From NCBI GenBank assembly GCA_017416695.1, contig JAFQBL010000147.1, positions 1 through 50,900 of the forward strand: 50,900 nt of DNA, written 5' to 3'. Made by a program: the position numbers and the translations under genes. Position 1 is the stretch's first letter. Every line of letters starts with the position of its first letter. The notes beneath the pieces were generated by a model. That model was not told where the DNA came from. It saw only the letters and a list, made by a program, of their open reading frames with translations, and ran no database searches. Source of the DNA: Bacteroidales bacterium. Lineage in GTDB: Bacteria > Bacteroidota > Bacteroidia > Bacteroidales > G3-4614. Below, piece by piece: positions 29,806 to 40,801 of this stretch.

Positions 29806-30186
29806 ATGATAGTAAAACAGTTATCGGTATTTCTTGAAAACCGTGCAGGAAGAATTAATGAGGTAGCAAAGGTGTTGGCTGCTAATGGTGTGGATATGTT
29901 GGCTTTCAGCCTTGCTGAAAGTAGCGACTTTGGTATTCTTCGCCTATTGGTGTCGGATAATGCTCTTGCTTCAAGAATTCTTAAAGAGGCTCACTTTGCA
30001 GTTAAAGAGAGTGATGTTGTGTGTGTTGAAGTTCCTAACAAACCTGGAGCATTAGCATCTATTGTAGAGAATATCTCTTCAAAGAATATCTCAATTGAGT
30101 ATATGTATGCCTTTGCTCAAGGTGGCGTTGCAAATATTGTTATTAAAACTGCCGATATTGATGCCTGCGTTGCAGCAATTAAATAG
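29806..30186 (+). CDS. ACT-domain protein (small-molecule binding, regulatory)
   Basis: 126 aa. IVKQLSVFLENRAGRINEVAKVLAANGVDMLAFSLAE shows an ACT beta-alpha-beta pattern, and a second half-domain is present. Confidence 0.7.
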   Translation: MIVKQLSVFLENRAGRINEVAKVLAANGVDMLAFSLAESSDFGILRLLVSDNALASRILKEAHFAVKESDVVCVEVPNKPGALASIVENISSKNISIEYMYAFAQGGVANIVIKTADIDACVAAIK

Positions 30187-30331
30187 TGTGCTTTTACATA
30201 ACAATCAATAATTCTCATAATTTATGTTTATATCGTTAATCTTTTTTGTATTATACTAATTTACAGATTAATATAAATTTTATCAATAATCCAAAAGAAT
30301 AATACAATTATGGATTCTAATAGGCTTTAAT

Positions 30332-30368
30332 AAAACAAAAGCATCGAGTATCTCGATGCTTTTGTTTT
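30332..30368. terminator. Bidirectional terminator between the convergent ACT gene and leuS
   Basis: Perfect 17-bp stem AAAACAAAAGCATCGAG / CTCGATGCTTTTGTTTT with a 3-nt loop. A/T tracts on both sides. Confidence 0.85.
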
Positions 30369-30388
30369 AGTGTGTTGTTTTTGTAATT

Positions 30389-33157
30389 CTATATTACAAT
30401 GTTTACAAGTTTGTTTGGTACAACAATAATCTTTTTAGGTGTTTTGCCGTCAATCCATTTTGCTGATTGTTCAGCCTCTAATACTGCTTTCTCAATCTCT
30501 TCTTTTGCAGCATCTGCTGGGAATGACATATTGAAACGCATTTTGCCATTAAAAGATATTGCGTAGTTTATTGTACTCTCTTTTGTAAACTCTGCATTGT
30601 ACACAGGCCATGGAGCATCGCAAACTGATGGCTCAAATCCTAATAGACTCCATAACTCTTCGCAAAGGTGAGGAGTAAATGGTGCAAGTAGAATTACCAA
30701 CTCTTTTAGAATTGCTCTCTTGCGACACTTCAACGATGTTAACTCATTTACACATATCATAAATGCACTTACCGATGTGTTGAAAGAGAAGTTCTCAATG
30801 TCTGAGCCAACTTTATTGATAAGTTTATGAAGTGCTTTTAACTCATCAGCAGTAGCCTCTTCGTCGGTAATTGCCAATGTATCTTTGTCGTAGAATAGAT
30901 TCCAGAGTTTTTTGATGAAACGGTGAACTCCGTCAATTCCGTTTGTATCCCAAGGCTTGCTTTGCTCTAAAGGTCCAAGGAACATTTCATACAAACGTAG
31001 AGTATCTGCTCCGTAACGCTCAACTATATCATCTGGGTTTACAACGTTGAACATCGATTTTGACATCTTCTCAACTGCCCATCCGCAAACATACTCGCCA
31101 TCTTCCAAGATAAACTCTGCATTTTTATACTCGGGATTCCAATTACGGAATGCTTCAATATCTAAGCGATCGTTGCTTACAATGTTTACGTCAACGTGAA
31201 TAGGTGTTGTTTCGTAATTGCCTTTAAGGTTTAGAGATACAAATGTGTTAGTATCCTTTATACGATATACAAAGTTTGAGCGTCCTTGAATCATTCCTTG
31301 GTTTACAAGTTTCTTGAATGGCTCATCTTCGCAAACAACTCCTAAGTCAAATAGGAATTTATTCCAGAAACGGCTATATATCAAGTGTCCTGTTGCGTGT
31401 TCTGTTCCTCCTATGTAAAGATCTACATTTCTCCAATACTCATTTGCCTCTTTTGATACAAGTGCTGTTGGATTGTGAGGATCCATATATCGTAGATAAT
31501 ATGCCGATGACCCTGCAAATCCTGGCATAGTGCAAAGTTCTAAAGGATAGTGTTCTGCAGTCTCCCAGTTTTTTGCTCTTCCCAATGGAGGTTCTCCACT
31601 CTCGGTTGGTAAATATTTGTCAATCTCAGGGAGTTGTAGTGGTAACTTCTCATCAGGTAACATATATGGCATTCCCTCTTTGTAGTAAACAGGGAATGGC
31701 TCTCCCCAATACCTTTGACGGCTGAAGATTGCATCGCGTAAGCGGTAGTTGATTTTTACCTTTCCAAGATTGTTCTCTTTTATAAACTCTTTGGTTTTGG
31801 CAATAGCCTCTTTTACCTCAAGCCCGTTAAGGTTAAGTCCGTTGCCTTCTGAGTTCATCATTTTACCCTCTTTTGCATCAAAACTCTCTTCTGAAACATC
31901 GCATCCCTCAATCAATGGAATTATAGGAAGGTTAAATGTTTTAGCAAATGCGTAGTCGCGACTGTCGTGTGCAGGAACTGCCATAATAGCACCTGTTCCA
32001 TATCCTGCCAATACATAGTCGCTTATGTAGATAGGTATCTCTTTATTATTAAGAGGATTAATAGCGTAGGCTCCAGTAAATACTCCAGTAACTTTGCGGT
32101 CGGCAATGCGTTCACGCTCTGTTCTGTGTTTAATGCTCTCTAAGTATTGTTTAACCTCTTCGGCTTGCTCTTCTGTTACAACTTGGCTTACATACTCGCT
32201 CTCAGGAGCCAGCACCATAAATGTTACACCAAATATAGTATCTGCACGAGTTGTGAATATTGTAAAGACAACGTCAGAGTTTGCTACTTTAAATTGCATT
32301 TCGGCTCCTTCGCTTCTGCCAATCCAGTTGCGTTGTGTCTCTTTTAGCGAGTCGCTCCAATCTATTTTGTCAAGTCCGTTCAATAGACGTTGTGCATAAG
32401 CCGATACTCTCAAGCACCATTGACGCATAACCTTTTGCTCAACAGGATAGCCTCCACGAATTGATACTCCTTCGCTAACCTCATCGTTTGCAAGAACAGT
32501 TCCCAACTTAGGACACCAGTTAACCATTGTGTCTCCAAGATATGCAATACGATAGTTTAATAAGATTTTCTCTTGCTCAACCTTACTCATAGCGTTCCAC
32601 TCCTCAGCAGTAAACTCTATCTCCTCGCTACAAGCAACATTAAGATTGTAAGTACCCTCTTTGCTGAATTTGTCAATCAATGCTTTAATTGGCATTGCTT
32701 TATCCTCGCTGTTATCGTAATAACTATTAAACATTTGTACAAATGCCCATTGTGTCCAGCGATAGTAACCAGGATCGCAAGTGCGTACCTCTCTGTTCCA
32801 ATCAAAGCAGAAACCTATTTTGTCTAATTGATTGCGATAACGTTCAATATTCTTTTGAGTTGTAATAGCAGGGTGTTGTCCTGTTTGAATAGCATATTGC
32901 TCGGCAGGTAAACCATACGCATCATATCCCATTGGGTGAAGAACGTTAAATCCTTTTAAGCGTTTGTAACGTGCAAATATATCAGATGCTATGTATCCGA
33001 GAGGGTGTCCAACATGCAAACCTGCTCCTGAAGGATAGGGGAACATATCAAGAACATAGAACTTGGGTTTTGATTCATCCTCTTTTACGCGATAAGTGTC
33101 GTTGTTTTGCCAAAACTCTTGCCAACGTTGCTCAATTTCCCTAAAATTGTATTCCAT
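30389..33157 (-). CDS. leuS: Leucine--tRNA ligase
   Basis: 922 aa with the HIGH motif (HVGHPLGY) and the KMSKS motif ([10 protein letters not shown]). Confidence 0.97.
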   Translation of the reverse strand: MEYNFREIEQRWQEFWQNNDTYRVKEDESKPKFYVLDMFPYPSGAGLHVGHPLGYIASDIFARYKRLKGFNVLHPMGYDAYGLPAEQYAIQTGQHPAITTQKNIERYRNQLDKIGFCFDWNREVRTCDPGYYRWTQWAFVQMFNSYYDNSEDKAMPIKALIDKFSKEGTYNLNVACSEEIEFTAEEWNAMSKVEQEKILLNYRIAYLGDTMVNWCPKLGTVLANDEVSEGVSIRGGYPVEQKVMRQWCLRVSAYAQRLLNGLDKIDWSDSLKETQRNWIGRSEGAEMQFKVANSDVVFTIFTTRADTIFGVTFMVLAPESEYVSQVVTEEQAEEVKQYLESIKHRTERERIADRKVTGVFTGAYAINPLNNKEIPIYISDYVLAGYGTGAIMAVPAHDSRDYAFAKTFNLPIIPLIEGCDVSEESFDAKEGKMMNSEGNGLNLNGLEVKEAIAKTKEFIKENNLGKVKINYRLRDAIFSRQRYWGEPFPVYYKEGMPYMLPDEKLPLQLPEIDKYLPTESGEPPLGRAKNWETAEHYPLELCTMPGFAGSSAYYLRYMDPHNPTALVSKEANEYWRNVDLYIGGTEHATGHLIYSRFWNKFLFDLGVVCEDEPFKKLVNQGMIQGRSNFVYRIKDTNTFVSLNLKGNYETTPIHVDVNIVSNDRLDIEAFRNWNPEYKNAEFILEDGEYVCGWAVEKMSKSMFNVVNPDDIVERYGADTLRLYEMFLGPLEQSKPWDTNGIDGVHRFIKKLWNLFYDKDTLAITDEEATADELKALHKLINKVGSDIENFSFNTSVSAFMICVNELTSLKCRKRAILKELVILLAPFTPHLCEELWSLLGFEPSVCDAPWPVYNAEFTKESTINYAISFNGKMRFNMSFPADAAKEEIEKAVLEAEQSAKWIDGKTPKKIIVVPNKLVNIVI

Positions 33158-33297
33158 TTCGTCTATTTATATTATTGATTTTTATTCACTTTTTTATAAA
33201 ACTTTGCAAAGGTACTCATTTTTATGGGTACTTCTATAATTTATCGGCTATAATTTTTGTTTTAAATAATAGCGCTGTCAATGTCTGAAATTTCGTG

Positions 33298-35241
33298 TCA
33301 GAATTTTGCAGACGGTCTGTTTGAATATATGGGGTCGTTATCCTCTTCAATGGCCTTAGGTTTGTTTTTGTCTTTCTTGGGCTTGTTTTTTATCAAATCG
33401 TAAGGCTTTTGTTTGGTAATAGGTTTCTCAAAAACATCCCAAGTCTGCTCAATATCCCAATTTGCCTTTAATTCAATAAGTTTTGAATAGTAGTATGTCT
33501 TCTCGGGTTGCACTCTCTTTTTAAAGTTGCCAGTAGTGAATTTTTTGTTGTTGTCACTGTCAATTACCAATCTTACATAATACTTGCCTGGTTTTACAAA
33601 GGGAAACTCAGCACCGCCATTCTTTATGGTAGCAAATCTTACAGGAATATCTTTTGTGTTCAATAGTTCGGCAAAAGCCCCTGATTGAACTCCAATTGTC
33701 TCAATATACAAGTTTGAATATTCTGAACTCTTTTTAACCTTAAAATCAAGACCTATGCTATCATTTGATAGTCCGTAAACAGATGTTGCACAAGCCGAAT
33801 CAAGCGAGAGAAGATATTTTTTGTCAAACTCCCATTTGTGTTTTATAATATATCGGCGAGGAGATAGTGAGTCTATCTCTATACTCCAATCATTTACATC
33901 AACCCAAGTTGAGTCTAATATCGTTTTAAGAGATATTTTATCTTTGTTGAGTTCTCTTAATGGTGCTTCAAATCTTATGGCTGGTGATGAGAAAATATCT
34001 ATTACTCCCGATATTGATTCGTCAAGTTCTAAACTCTCAACTCTAATTGTGTCGGTTTTTGCCCTGCGGCCACGTCTTGTGGAAGTGGTTTCACCACTAT
34101 TGGAGTTTTTACTCGACATAGGACCCTCTCGGTATATAAAGTTAAGAGTGTCATTTGCAGGAATGATATTTAGAATAGAGTCTGTTTTCAGATAATCGGC
34201 AATAACTTGTAGGGTGTCAAGGTTGAATACAAGCGAATCCTTTATCCAGAACGTAAGTGTATCATTAGTTATATTACGCTCAATTATAGACCAATCCTCC
34301 TTTGCTTCAAAATTAACAGGAGTTAGTTTCATCAATTTTTTTGTGGCATCAGAAAGAGTAATGGTTAATTTTTCTCTATCCCTTCTGTCGTGCTTGGCAA
34401 GGTATAGTGGTTTTTGCCCCTCGTTAAAAGCAAACATTACTATTGAATCGGGCAAGAACCTGGTTATGTTGTGAATCATAATAGTATCTATAGTGGTGCG
34501 AGTGCTGTCACTAAAGATTGTATCTGTATGTGAAGTTACCTCCGCAGAGGGGATGATAATCTCGTCATAGAAAGCAATATTCTCTGTTGGAGCATTGAAC
34601 ATATAGTTACGGTCAGCATCAAGCACACCATATATCTTATATTTACCTTCGGCAAGATTCTTTATAGAGAATCCGCCATACAGGTCGGTGCGTGTAACTC
34701 TTGAAAATGGTAATGTTGTAAAGGCTGTATCGTTATCGGCAGGATGCAGACCAATTGTCATTCCTGTGACAGGCTCTAAGTCACTTGCATTCAAAACCGT
34801 ACCAGATATTTGTAGAGAGTCTAATCTCTTCCCTGTTGAAAAAGCCAGACTAAAACCATTTAATATATTGCCTTCGTTATTGTCTTTTATAGCGCTTCCA
34901 AAATCAATAGTGTACGAAGTGTTAGGTAGTAGTGAGTCAATAAGTTCTATATCTATTTTTTTTAAGTTCGCTTTAATCTTAGGCATCTCTTTTTGAGGAG
35001 GAGATATGACCACATTCTCCGCTGGATTGTCTAATTGCAAAACCTCATCAAACTCCAGAGTGAGTTTTTTACTTTTTACTTCGGTTTGATTTGGTGCAGG
35101 ATTACTTTTTTTGAAAACAGGTGGTGTGTAATCGCGAGGACCTCCTGTTGGAGTTACAATGCTTGCACACGAAACAATAATTATTGAGGATAATATTACC
35201 GAAAAAAGTCGTGTAAAAAATTGTATTCTGCTATTTTTCAT
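33298..35241 (-). CDS. Ig-like (SbsA/Big_5-type) domain lipoprotein, function unknown
   Basis: Lipobox IIIVSC. The segment GGPRDYTPPVFKKSNPAPNQTEVKSKKLTLEFDE is typical of Bacteroidota Ig-like-domain lipoproteins. The rest was not recognised. Confidence 0.6.
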   Translation of the reverse strand: MKNSRIQFFTRLFSVILSSIIIVSCASIVTPTGGPRDYTPPVFKKSNPAPNQTEVKSKKLTLEFDEVLQLDNPAENVVISPPQKEMPKIKANLKKIDIELIDSLLPNTSYTIDFGSAIKDNNEGNILNGFSLAFSTGKRLDSLQISGTVLNASDLEPVTGMTIGLHPADNDTAFTTLPFSRVTRTDLYGGFSIKNLAEGKYKIYGVLDADRNYMFNAPTENIAFYDEIIIPSAEVTSHTDTIFSDSTRTTIDTIMIHNITRFLPDSIVMFAFNEGQKPLYLAKHDRRDREKLTITLSDATKKLMKLTPVNFEAKEDWSIIERNITNDTLTFWIKDSLVFNLDTLQVIADYLKTDSILNIIPANDTLNFIYREGPMSSKNSNSGETTSTRRGRRAKTDTIRVESLELDESISGVIDIFSSPAIRFEAPLRELNKDKISLKTILDSTWVDVNDWSIEIDSLSPRRYIIKHKWEFDKKYLLSLDSACATSVYGLSNDSIGLDFKVKKSSEYSNLYIETIGVQSGAFAELLNTKDIPVRFATIKNGGAEFPFVKPGKYYVRLVIDSDNNKKFTTGNFKKRVQPEKTYYYSKLIELKANWDIEQTWDVFEKPITKQKPYDLIKNKPKKDKNKPKAIEEDNDPIYSNRPSAKF

Positions 35242-35459
35242 TCCTGATTTTTAAAATTTGGCTGTAAAGGTAATCATAAACGCTCACTTTCCCTCATTTT
35301 ATATGTCATTTTATTACTTAAAACAAGAATATCCCCTTTAAAAGTTGATTTATGTTAACTATTTTATTGTCATAAAAGAAAAAAGTTCTATCTTTGCACG
35401 ATATTGAATTAAAATCCCCTTAAAGGGGTAATAGGAATATAACTGAAACATTAAATATT

Positions 35460-38303
35460 ATGCAAAACAAAGGATTTATTAGAGTTTTTGCGGTGCTATT
35501 GACTTTGGTATGTATCTTTTACCTATCATTCTCGGTAGTAACAAACCGCCAAATTAAGAATGCCGAAGAGTTTGCCGCAGGAGATGAGCAAAAGTATGCT
35601 GATTACCTTGACTCAATCTCAACTGAAAAGGTATATCTTTGGTACACATTCAAACAATGTCAAGAGATGGGTGTAGGTCTTGGATTGGACCTAAAAGGAG
35701 GTATGACAGTAACTCTTCAAGTTTCTGTTGATGAGGTACTTCGTAAACTTTCAAGAAACAACCCTGATGAAAACTTTAACTTGGCAGTTGAAAGAGCAGC
35801 CGCTCAAAGATTAGATGGAGGAAACTTCCTTGAAATTTTCATGGATGAATATCAAAAAATTGATCCCGATATCCAATTGGCTTCAATTTTTGCAAACTCT
35901 TCTAACAGAGGACAAATTGGTCCTGGAGATTCAAACGATAAAGTTTTAGGCGTATTGGAAACTGAGTTGGATGATATTGTAAATAGTACAGTAGAGGTAC
36001 TTCGCAAACGTATCGACCAATATGGAGTTGTTTCTCCCAATATCCAAAAAATTAAAGGATCAGGACGTATCTTAATTGAGTTACCTGGTGTAAAAGAGCC
36101 TGAGCGTGTTGAGAAACTTCTTCAAGGAAGTGCAAACTTAGAGTTCTGGGAAACTTACAACTTTGATCAAGTTAGTTCATCATTGATGGCTGCTGATACA
36201 AAATTGCAAGAGATGTCAAATGTAGAGAACGATTCAGTAAAAGCAACAACAATCTTCTCTCTTCTCTCTCCCTCAAATGTTCCTGGAAGCCCAGTATTAG
36301 GATATGCTCGTGAGAGTGATATGGCTGCTATCGATAGCATGTTTGCTTTGCCACAAGTAAAAGATATGTTGCCAGCAGACTTGGTACTTCGTTGGAGCGT
36401 AAAACCTATTGAGGAGGGTTCAAAAATCTACCAATTGGTTGCATTGAAAGCAACTCCAGCAGGTAAAGCATCACTTGGAGAAGAGGATATTATAAATACC
36501 GCAAGCGATGATTTTGATCGTTTTACTAACCAATCGGTGGTTAGCATGAGCATGAACGAAGTTGCTGCTGAGAAATGGGCTCAAATAACAAGAGACAACA
36601 TTGGCCGTTGTATAGCAATCGTGCTTGATGGTCATGTATATTCATTCCCAGTTGTAAATACAGAGATTAAAGGTGGTAACTCACAAATCAGCGGAAACTT
36701 TACAGTAGATGAGGCAAGAGACCTTGCAACAGTGTTGAAGTCAGGTAAGATGTCTGCATCTGTTGAGGTTAAACAAAAAGCAGTTATCGGACCTTCTCTT
36801 GGTCAAGAGGCTATTGACAGCGGTATTGTTTCATTTATATTGGCAATCGTGATATTGATGATATATATGATTGCAGTATATGGAGTAGTTCCTGGATTGG
36901 TTGCTAACGTGGCTCTTATCATCAACTTGTTCTTTACAATTGGTATTTTAGCATCGTTCCAAGCAGTGTTAACTTTGTCAGGTATTGCCGGACTTGTGCT
37001 ATCACTTGCAATTGCTGTGGATGCTAACGTACTTATTTATGAGCGTGCAAAAGAGGAGTTGCGTAGTGGAAAATCACTTGCTGCATCAATTGCAGATGGT
37101 TATAAAAATGCATTCTCGGCAATCTTCGATGCAAACATTACATCAATCATCACTGGTGTAATCTTGTTTACCTTTGGAACAGGTCCTATCAAAGGATTTG
37201 CAACAACTCTTATAATAGGTATTATTGTATCGTTCTTTACTGCAGTATTCTTAACTCGCTTGTTCTATGAATTTGCGTTATCTAAGAACTGGATTAAGAA
37301 CCTTACATTCTCAACTCCTTTAACTAAGAATTTCCTAACAAATACTAACTTCAACTTCTTGAAGAATCGTAAAGTTTCTTTCATAACATTTGCAATTATC
37401 TCATTGGTTGGAGTAGCATCTCTTTCTACATTAGGATTGGATAAAGGTATTGATTTTACAGGAGGTCGTAACTATGTAATTGCTCTTAACGAGAAAGCAA
37501 ATACTCAAGAGATTGCAGCAATGGTACGTGCTCAGTTTACAGATGAGGAGGGAGCAGCAGTATCAGTTATTACAATTGGTAGCGACAACCAAGTTCGTAT
37601 ATCAACCAACTATAAGATTACAGATAGCAATCCTGACGTTGAGACTTTGATTTTAGATAAACTATATACAGCATTACAACCAAAACTTGGTGATGTAACA
37701 TTAGATGAGTTCAAATCACAAGAGTCAGGAATTGTTGCAAGTATCGAGAAAGTTGATAACTCAATTGCAAAAGAGATTGCATACGGAGCAATTTGGGCAG
37801 TTATCCTATCGTTGATAGCAATTGCTCTTTATGTGTTAGTTCGCTTTAGCGACATAGCATTCAGTGTTGGTACATTGGTTGCGTTGACATTTGATGCGTT
37901 GTTTATCTTGGCATTCTATTCTCTATTCAGCGGATTATTGCCATTCTCTATGGAGATTGACCAAGCATTTATTGCAGCAATCCTAACAGTTATCGGTTAC
38001 TCAGTAAATGACAAGGTGGTGGTATTTGACCGTATCCGTGAGGAGACAGGACTATATCCAAAACGCGAGAAACTACTATTGTTCAACAATGCTCTTAACG
38101 CAACATTGTCTCGTACAATTAATACATCATTGAGTACAATATTGGTACTACTTTGTATGTTTATATTAGGAGGTGATACAATCCGTAGTTTCATCTTTGC
38201 AATGACATTAGGAGTTATATCAGGAACAATCTCAACATTGTTCTTGGCTGTGCCTACTGCATATTCAATATTGAATAAAAAAGCAAAAAAAGCAGAGAAA
38301 TAA
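35460..38303 (+). CDS. secDF: Protein translocase subunit SecDF (fused)
   Basis: 947 aa with an N-terminal TM helix, a large periplasmic domain and two blocks of 6 TM segments. The fusion is typical for Bacteroidota. Confidence 0.93.
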   Translation: MQNKGFIRVFAVLLTLVCIFYLSFSVVTNRQIKNAEEFAAGDEQKYADYLDSISTEKVYLWYTFKQCQEMGVGLGLDLKGGMTVTLQVSVDEVLRKLSRNNPDENFNLAVERAAAQRLDGGNFLEIFMDEYQKIDPDIQLASIFANSSNRGQIGPGDSNDKVLGVLETELDDIVNSTVEVLRKRIDQYGVVSPNIQKIKGSGRILIELPGVKEPERVEKLLQGSANLEFWETYNFDQVSSSLMAADTKLQEMSNVENDSVKATTIFSLLSPSNVPGSPVLGYARESDMAAIDSMFALPQVKDMLPADLVLRWSVKPIEEGSKIYQLVALKATPAGKASLGEEDIINTASDDFDRFTNQSVVSMSMNEVAAEKWAQITRDNIGRCIAIVLDGHVYSFPVVNTEIKGGNSQISGNFTVDEARDLATVLKSGKMSASVEVKQKAVIGPSLGQEAIDSGIVSFILAIVILMIYMIAVYGVVPGLVANVALIINLFFTIGILASFQAVLTLSGIAGLVLSLAIAVDANVLIYERAKEELRSGKSLAASIADGYKNAFSAIFDANITSIITGVILFTFGTGPIKGFATTLIIGIIVSFFTAVFLTRLFYEFALSKNWIKNLTFSTPLTKNFLTNTNFNFLKNRKVSFITFAIISLVGVASLSTLGLDKGIDFTGGRNYVIALNEKANTQEIAAMVRAQFTDEEGAAVSVITIGSDNQVRISTNYKITDSNPDVETLILDKLYTALQPKLGDVTLDEFKSQESGIVASIEKVDNSIAKEIAYGAIWAVILSLIAIALYVLVRFSDIAFSVGTLVALTFDALFILAFYSLFSGLLPFSMEIDQAFIAAILTVIGYSVNDKVVVFDRIREETGLYPKREKLLLFNNALNATLSRTINTSLSTILVLLCMFILGGDTIRSFIFAMTLGVISGTISTLFLAVPTAYSILNKKAKKAEK

Positions 38304-38328
38304 TTGCCGACAGGCTTTATATATGAGA

Positions 38329-38358
38329 AAGAGGAGTTGTATGACTCCTCTTTTTTTT
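38329..38358 (+). terminator. Intrinsic terminator after secDF
   Basis: AAGAGGAGT / ACTCCTCTT stem followed by a T-run. Confidence 0.8.
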
Positions 38359-38740
38359 GTGCTGATATTTTTATTTCTATTTGATAAAAGAGTAGAATTT
38401 ATATATAATATCAACCAATTATTGATTTATGTTTCTTATGATATTTTGATTGTTTTGCTGTATGAATAGGTATAATCAAATGTATATCGGCCTATTGTCG
38501 CTAAATAAAAGAAAAGTAATTTATTTTGTTAAGGTTGCTTATATTGTATGTAAATCTCTCTCTATTTATTGCTGCTTTTTGAGCGAGTTCCTCTCTGCTT
38601 ATTCTCCCTGAAGCAATAATATAACTATTGAGTATGAAGGGGATAATAAACAAAGTAAGGTATAGTACAGTCATAACAGTAACTATCCCAGTTACTATTA
38701 ATAGTAGTAGGGATAAAGAGTAGTATCAAAGAGATAAATC

Positions 38741-40777
38741 CTATCTCTTAGCCTCAGGGTAACTTATGCGTGGGTGGAAGATTGCCTCTAATCTGCCAAT
38801 CAGAACTTTGCGAATTTCTGTTACGTCGCGGAAGGTTAGAGGAGTGTCTGATAGTTGACCTTCGGCAACAATATCATCGATAGTGCCATTAACAATTCTG
38901 CTTAGCGACTCTTGAGAAAAATCTTTAAGAGAACGTGATTTAGCCTCTACAATGTCGGCAATCATTAAAATACCCTCCTCCTTAGTTCTTGGTTTAGGCC
39001 CTTCGTAGGTGAATAGTGTTTCATCAACCTCCTCTTCGGGATGCTCGTTTTTGTACATGGTATAGAAATATTTTGCTTTGCTTACACCATGATGAGTTGC
39101 TATGAATCCCTTTATTGATTCAGGTATATGATAACTCTTTGCCAATTTCATACCCTCTTTAACGTGAGAGATAATTATTCTTGCACTCTCTTTGTATGAT
39201 AGGTTCTTATGTGGATTTATCTCGTGTTGATTTTCTGTAAAGAACATAGGATTTGCACTCTTACCAATGTCGTGGTATAGGGCTCCTGTTCTAACAAGTA
39301 AGGCATTTGCCCCTATTGCTTTTGCTGCTTCGGCTGCAAGGTTAGCAACCTGAGTGGCGTGTTGGAATGTTCCTGGACATTTCTCTGACAATGTTTTCAA
39401 AAGTGGAGAGTTGAGGTCTGCCAACTCCACCAGCATAACGTTAGATGTAAATCCCCATAACTTCTCAATCATATATATAAATATGTATGCGAAGAGAAGC
39501 ATAAAGCAGTTTATACCTAAAAATAGGAACATAGATACATTTATCTTCATAAAGTCCCCCTCTGTCATTAGTACGTATGCCACGTATGTTGTGCAGTATG
39601 CAACAAACATTAATACAATACTACGGAACATTTGCGAACGTTTTGTTAGTTCTTTTAGCGAGTTAATTGCCGTCATACTAACAATTAGTTGCAGAAGAAC
39701 GTATTCTATTGGGAATGGCGAAGACCAACATGATAACATTATTGCAACTATACTTGCATATAGGGCGGTTCTTGTATCCATAAAGGTAACAACAATAATA
39801 GGGAGAACGGCAAATGGTACCATATATACACCCAATAACCAGCGTTGCGATAGTAGATACGAAGAGATTACAATAATCAGTATCATCAGCATTAATAGAG
39901 ACAACTGTCTGATATTGTTGAATATTCTCTTGCGGAAGAGTGCCAAATAGAGATACAAGAAAGAATATATTATTAGAACCAATAATATCTCGCCACTAAG
40001 AGTGTACCAACCCTCGTTTATATCAACTTTGTTCTTTAGTGTCTCTTTCTCGTATGAACTTAGTACTCTGTATATTTCGGGGGTGACAATTACTCCTTTA
40101 TCTATTATTCTCTCTCCCTTTTGAATCATTCCAGCAGTTGGTTGAATGTTGTCAATCTGTTGGTTAATGGTTCTGTTGTTTGATTCTGTATCGTATATAA
40201 TATTTGGTTCTATATATAAGTTTAAATTTATCGACCCTGCTGTCTCTTTTACTTCAGGTGTTTGACAATTTCTTAATATATATTCGTATGCCATTCTTGG
40301 AGTCAATAGATTTTCAATGCTATACTCTGTTGCTATTGCTCCATTTTTTATTCTAATCTTGGTTTTATCTCCTTTTAATGAGTCGTAACTTTCAATATCT
40401 ATAACACCTTTTTCATAAACCTTTTTCAGCAATCCCTCTATTTGAGTAAACATAGCCATAGAGTCTATGTCAAAAGATTTGTTGTTTGCTCTAAAATCAG
40501 CCAACTCGTTTTTAGACCTATCCTTATCGCTCAGAAAGAAAGGGATATGGGAATTTATGATATTGTTTCTCTCTGTTGCTATGTCTTGCTCACTTTTGTA
40601 TATAGGAAAGTCAAAAGGTGCGGTAAGTAGTCCGTATCTCCATGGTTTGCCCTCTTCAAAGTGGTAGCGAAATTGTTTTTCGCGAGGGATAAAAGTAATT
40701 GTTAACGAAACGGCAAATATGAAAAATAGAGTTTGCCATATTATTCTACTTGTATTTTTTAATTTACCTTTATTCAT
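38741..40777 (-). CDS. 7TM-receptor-type HD/HDIG phosphohydrolase (YqfF/PgpH family; the family includes c-di-AMP phosphodiesterases)
   Basis: 678 aa with an N-terminal TM helix plus extracytoplasmic domain, about 7 TM segments, and a C-terminal HD domain with ALYHDIGK. Confidence 0.85.
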   Translation of the reverse strand: MNKGKLKNTSRIIWQTLFFIFAVSLTITFIPREKQFRYHFEEGKPWRYGLLTAPFDFPIYKSEQDIATERNNIINSHIPFFLSDKDRSKNELADFRANNKSFDIDSMAMFTQIEGLLKKVYEKGVIDIESYDSLKGDKTKIRIKNGAIATEYSIENLLTPRMAYEYILRNCQTPEVKETAGSINLNLYIEPNIIYDTESNNRTINQQIDNIQPTAGMIQKGERIIDKGVIVTPEIYRVLSSYEKETLKNKVDINEGWYTLSGEILLVLIIYSFLYLYLALFRKRIFNNIRQLSLLMLMILIIVISSYLLSQRWLLGVYMVPFAVLPIIVVTFMDTRTALYASIVAIMLSCWSSPFPIEYVLLQLIVSMTAINSLKELTKRSQMFRSIVLMFVAYCTTYVAYVLMTEGDFMKINVSMFLFLGINCFMLLFAYIFIYMIEKLWGFTSNVMLVELADLNSPLLKTLSEKCPGTFQHATQVANLAAEAAKAIGANALLVRTGALYHDIGKSANPMFFTENQHEINPHKNLSYKESARIIISHVKEGMKLAKSYHIPESIKGFIATHHGVSKAKYFYTMYKNEHPEEEVDETLFTYEGPKPRTKEEGILMIADIVEAKSRSLKDFSQESLSRIVNGTIDDIVAEGQLSDTPLTFRDVTEIRKVLIGRLEAIFHPRISYPEAKR

Positions 40778-40801
40778 AACTATCTTGTATATGTATGGTA
40801 T

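Noticed and set aside
39354-39950. 198-aa plus-strand ORF inside the 7TM-HD gene, and similar ORFs opposite relA/spoT (42143-42535, 42682-43098)
   Set aside because: They are antisense to genes with clear HD/RelA motifs, and their translations are low-complexity with no recognisable domains.
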